Below, piece after piece: positions 61,998 to 64,000 of a stretch of 64,000 nt of DNA (positions are counted from its first letter, which is position 1; each line of letters begins with the position of its first letter). This DNA is from an uncultured Planctomycetaceae bacterium. Its GTDB lineage: Bacteria > Planctomycetota > Phycisphaerae > SM23-33. The notes beneath the pieces were generated by a model. That model was not told where the DNA came from, ran no database searches, and saw nothing but the letters and a program-made list of their open reading frames with translations. The position numbers and the translations under genes were made by a program. The stretch spans positions 1,798 to 65,797 of the forward strand of contig CAYRZU010000005.1 of NCBI GenBank assembly GCA_964428895.1, given 5' to 3'.

Positions 61998-62765
61998 ATG
62001 GCTCACTTGCAGAATCTAACCGTTGACCAGATCAGCCAGGCCGTTACGGGGGCGGTCGACAAGCAAACGCCGATCACGGTAACTATCCGTACGGGCAAAT
62101 CTTGGAATAGTTTCTATAGCCGATTCCTGGCGACCGATGATTCCCATCTGTTGATCCTGCCGCCCACCGGCGATCAGGGAGATGTCTGTGACCTGACGGT
62201 CGCCGACCGCGTGGGCGTCAGCTTCAAGTTCGGCCACTACAAGCACGTCTTCTCGGCGACCGTGGTCGGCCGGGCCGAACACACCGGCGATGACGGGCAA
62301 GGCGTGGAGGTCGTTCAGTTGGTCGGCCCGAGCCGCATGCAGCGGTTGCAGCGGCGTGCGTTTCAGCGCGTGGCGGTTCCGGACGAATCGTTAGTCCGAG
62401 CGGCGTTCTGGGTCGGTGGCAGCGAAGTCGAGCCTACCGGCCGCCAAGACGAAGCCAGCGTGTGGACCGGAACGGTCGGCGACATCAGCGCCGGCGGCTT
62501 CCAAATGAACTGCCACAACTACACCGGGCCGAGCTTCCAGGTTGGCGAACTGGTTGGCGTGCGGCTGATGTTCGGTGTCGGCGGGGAGACCTGCTTTGTC
62601 GACGGGCAGTTTCGTCACGCCGAGACCCACGGCGAACAGACGCAGATGGGCTTCCAGTTCGTGGGCCTGGGGCACAGCCGCCAGGGCCGGGCGGCCCTTC
62701 AGTTGATCTCGGCCAAGGTGGCCGAGTTCCAACGGGCCTCCAACCCACGTCGCCAGGCGTCCTGA
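61998..62765 (+). CDS. YcgR-like PilZN + PilZ domain protein (c-di-GMP receptor)
   Basis: 255 aa. N-terminal beta-barrel region, then 'RLQRRAFQRV' (RxxxR) and 'GDISAGGFQM' (D.S..G). Confidence 0.8.
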   Translation: MAHLQNLTVDQISQAVTGAVDKQTPITVTIRTGKSWNSFYSRFLATDDSHLLILPPTGDQGDVCDLTVADRVGVSFKFGHYKHVFSATVVGRAEHTGDDGQGVEVVQLVGPSRMQRLQRRAFQRVAVPDESLVRAAFWVGGSEVEPTGRQDEASVWTGTVGDISAGGFQMNCHNYTGPSFQVGELVGVRLMFGVGGETCFVDGQFRHAETHGEQTQMGFQFVGLGHSRQGRAALQLISAKVAEFQRASNPRRQAS

Positions 62766-62811
62766 CGGGAGCGTCCTTGATGGGCTCAATGAGGGGGATT
62801 ACGATGGCGAC

Positions 62812-63339
62812 ATGTCCGCCGCCACCGATCCGCTGACCTATAGCGTTTGGCCCACCGCTTGGGGTCCCATGGCCGCAGTCTGCCAAGGCAGCCGCCTGAG
62901 CCGTGTGGTCCTCCCGCACTATCGCGCCAACGAACTTGACGAACTGATCCATTGGGAACACCCGGGCTGTCAGCGTCAGGACGAGCCCTTCGCCGAACTG
63001 ATCGAGGCGTCTCGCGCTTACTTCAACGGCCAGGCCGTCTCCTTCGATGCCATCGCCTGCGACTTGCCCGCCGAGAGCACCTTTGGCGGCAAGGTGCTGC
63101 GAGCGTGTCAGCAGATCGAATACGGGCAGACCCTCAGCTACCGGCAACTGGCCATGAAGATCGGCCGTGAAGATGCCGCACGCGCCGTCGCCGCGGCGCT
63201 GGGCAAGAACCCAATTCCATTGGTCATTCCCTGTCACCGCGTGACCTACGCCGACGGGCGGCCGGGCGGGTTCTCCGCGCCCGGCGGGATCGAGCTCAAA
63301 CAGCGCATGTTGGCCGCCGAAGCGTCACCGCCGACCTAG
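62812..63339 (+). CDS. ogt: methylated-DNA-protein-cysteine methyltransferase
   Basis: 175 aa. 'GQTLSYRQLA', 'ARAVAAALGKNPIPLVIPCHRV' (PCHR active site). Confidence 0.93.
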   Translation: MSAATDPLTYSVWPTAWGPMAAVCQGSRLSRVVLPHYRANELDELIHWEHPGCQRQDEPFAELIEASRAYFNGQAVSFDAIACDLPAESTFGGKVLRACQQIEYGQTLSYRQLAMKIGREDAARAVAAALGKNPIPLVIPCHRVTYADGRPGGFSAPGGIELKQRMLAAEASPPT

Positions 63340-63418
63340 CCAGACGCGCGGGATTGCTCGGCCGCGGGCCGCGTGGTATCCTGGCCGGCTCGATGGCATC
63401 GCTTAGGAACGCCTGGCC

Positions 63419-64000
63419 ATGGCTCAGACGCTGACACATAAGATCCTTGCCGATCACCTGGTTGACGGGGTGCTCACCCCCGGCAGCGAGATCGGCATTC
63501 GCATCGACCAGACTCTCACCCAGGATGCGACCGGGACCACCGCCTTCTTGCTGTTGGAGGCCATGGGCGTTCCGCGCGTTCGTACGGAGCTGTCGGTCAG
63601 CTACGTCGATCACAACACCGCTCAGTTCGGCCCCGAGAACCACAACGACCATCTGTACCTGCAGTCCATTGCAGCCAAGGTAGGGGCGACCTTCTCGCGG
63701 CCGGGCAACGGCATCTGCCATCAGGTGCATTTGGAGCGGTTCGGTCGGCCGGGCCGGACGCTGCTCGGTTCGGACAGCCACACGCCCACCGGGGGTGGCA
63801 TGGGCATGCTGGCCATCGGCGCCGGCGGGCTCGACGTGGCCGTGGCGATGGGCGGCGGGCCGTTCTACCTGACCTGCCCGCGCGTGATCGGCGTGGAGCT
63901 ACGCGGGCGCCTGCAGCCGCCGGTGGCCGCCAAGGACATCATCCTGAAACTGCTGAGCATCCTGAGCACCCGCGGCAACGTGGACTGTGTGGTCGAGTAC
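63419..64000 (+). CDS. aconitate hydratase, N-terminal 194 codons (runs off the right edge)
   Basis: Open to the window end, so absent from the track. 'MAQTLTHKILADH...IDQTLTQDATGT...GICHQVHLERF...LGSDSHTPTGGG' are aconitase-family domain-1 blocks, including the Fe-S/substrate 'DSHT' region. Confidence 0.85.
   Translation, partial: MAQTLTHKILADHLVDGVLTPGSEIGIRIDQTLTQDATGTTAFLLLEAMGVPRVRTELSVSYVDHNTAQFGPENHNDHLYLQSIAAKVGATFSRPGNGICHQVHLERFGRPGRTLLGSDSHTPTGGGMGMLAIGAGGLDVAVAMGGGPFYLTCPRVIGVELRGRLQPPVAAKDIILKLLSILSTRGNVDCVVEY

Overview
GC-rich bacterial chromosome segment, tightly packed with genes. I call 56 protein-coding genes (two of them cut by the window edges) and one tRNA-Leu(GAG). I found no rRNA, CRISPR array, transposase, integrase or phage-like genes. 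The lineage looks like Planctomycetota/PVC. The evidence is an N-terminal 'LEPLEARLLLS' secretion-type motif, a prepilin-type N-methylation protein, PEP-CTERM anchors and dockerin-like repeats on secreted enzymes; this rests on motif recognition, not a database search.

Most of the window is housekeeping:
- hom / apgM-like / thrC threonine operon
- uvrC, pfk, dacB, miaA, rpoD, prfA, rpmE, priA, pheA, tpiA, secG
- yicC-gmk-rpoZ-coaC
- ogt and aconitase

It also holds a tetR-MFP-RND efflux operon with a textbook promoter and two operators, and a P1B metal ATPase.

The best candidate for an undescribed system is at 14.4-25.5 kb. Three tandem SPFH (HflK/C-like) paralogs are tightly coupled to an ABC ATPase, two paralogous ABC-2 permeases and an orphan 642-aa helical membrane protein. 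This is a hypothesis built from gene order and motifs only.

Secondary curiosities:
- a SecG fused to a chitobiase-C-like domain
- a histone-H1-like (VAKKK)n protein
- secreted ADP-ribosylglycohydrolase-like and prodomain-less papain-like enzymes, both with PEP-CTERM anchors
- a UvrC with no helix-hairpin-helix tail
- a pair of translationally coupled two-helix mini-genes
- a response regulator / cyclodeaminase-like / lipoprotein / RDD operon
- a kinase paired with an atypical phosphatase, next to a YcgR-like PilZ protein

All functional calls come from motif and family recognition by eye. No similarity search was run. The many long ORFs antisense to these genes are GC-driven artefacts and were rejected.
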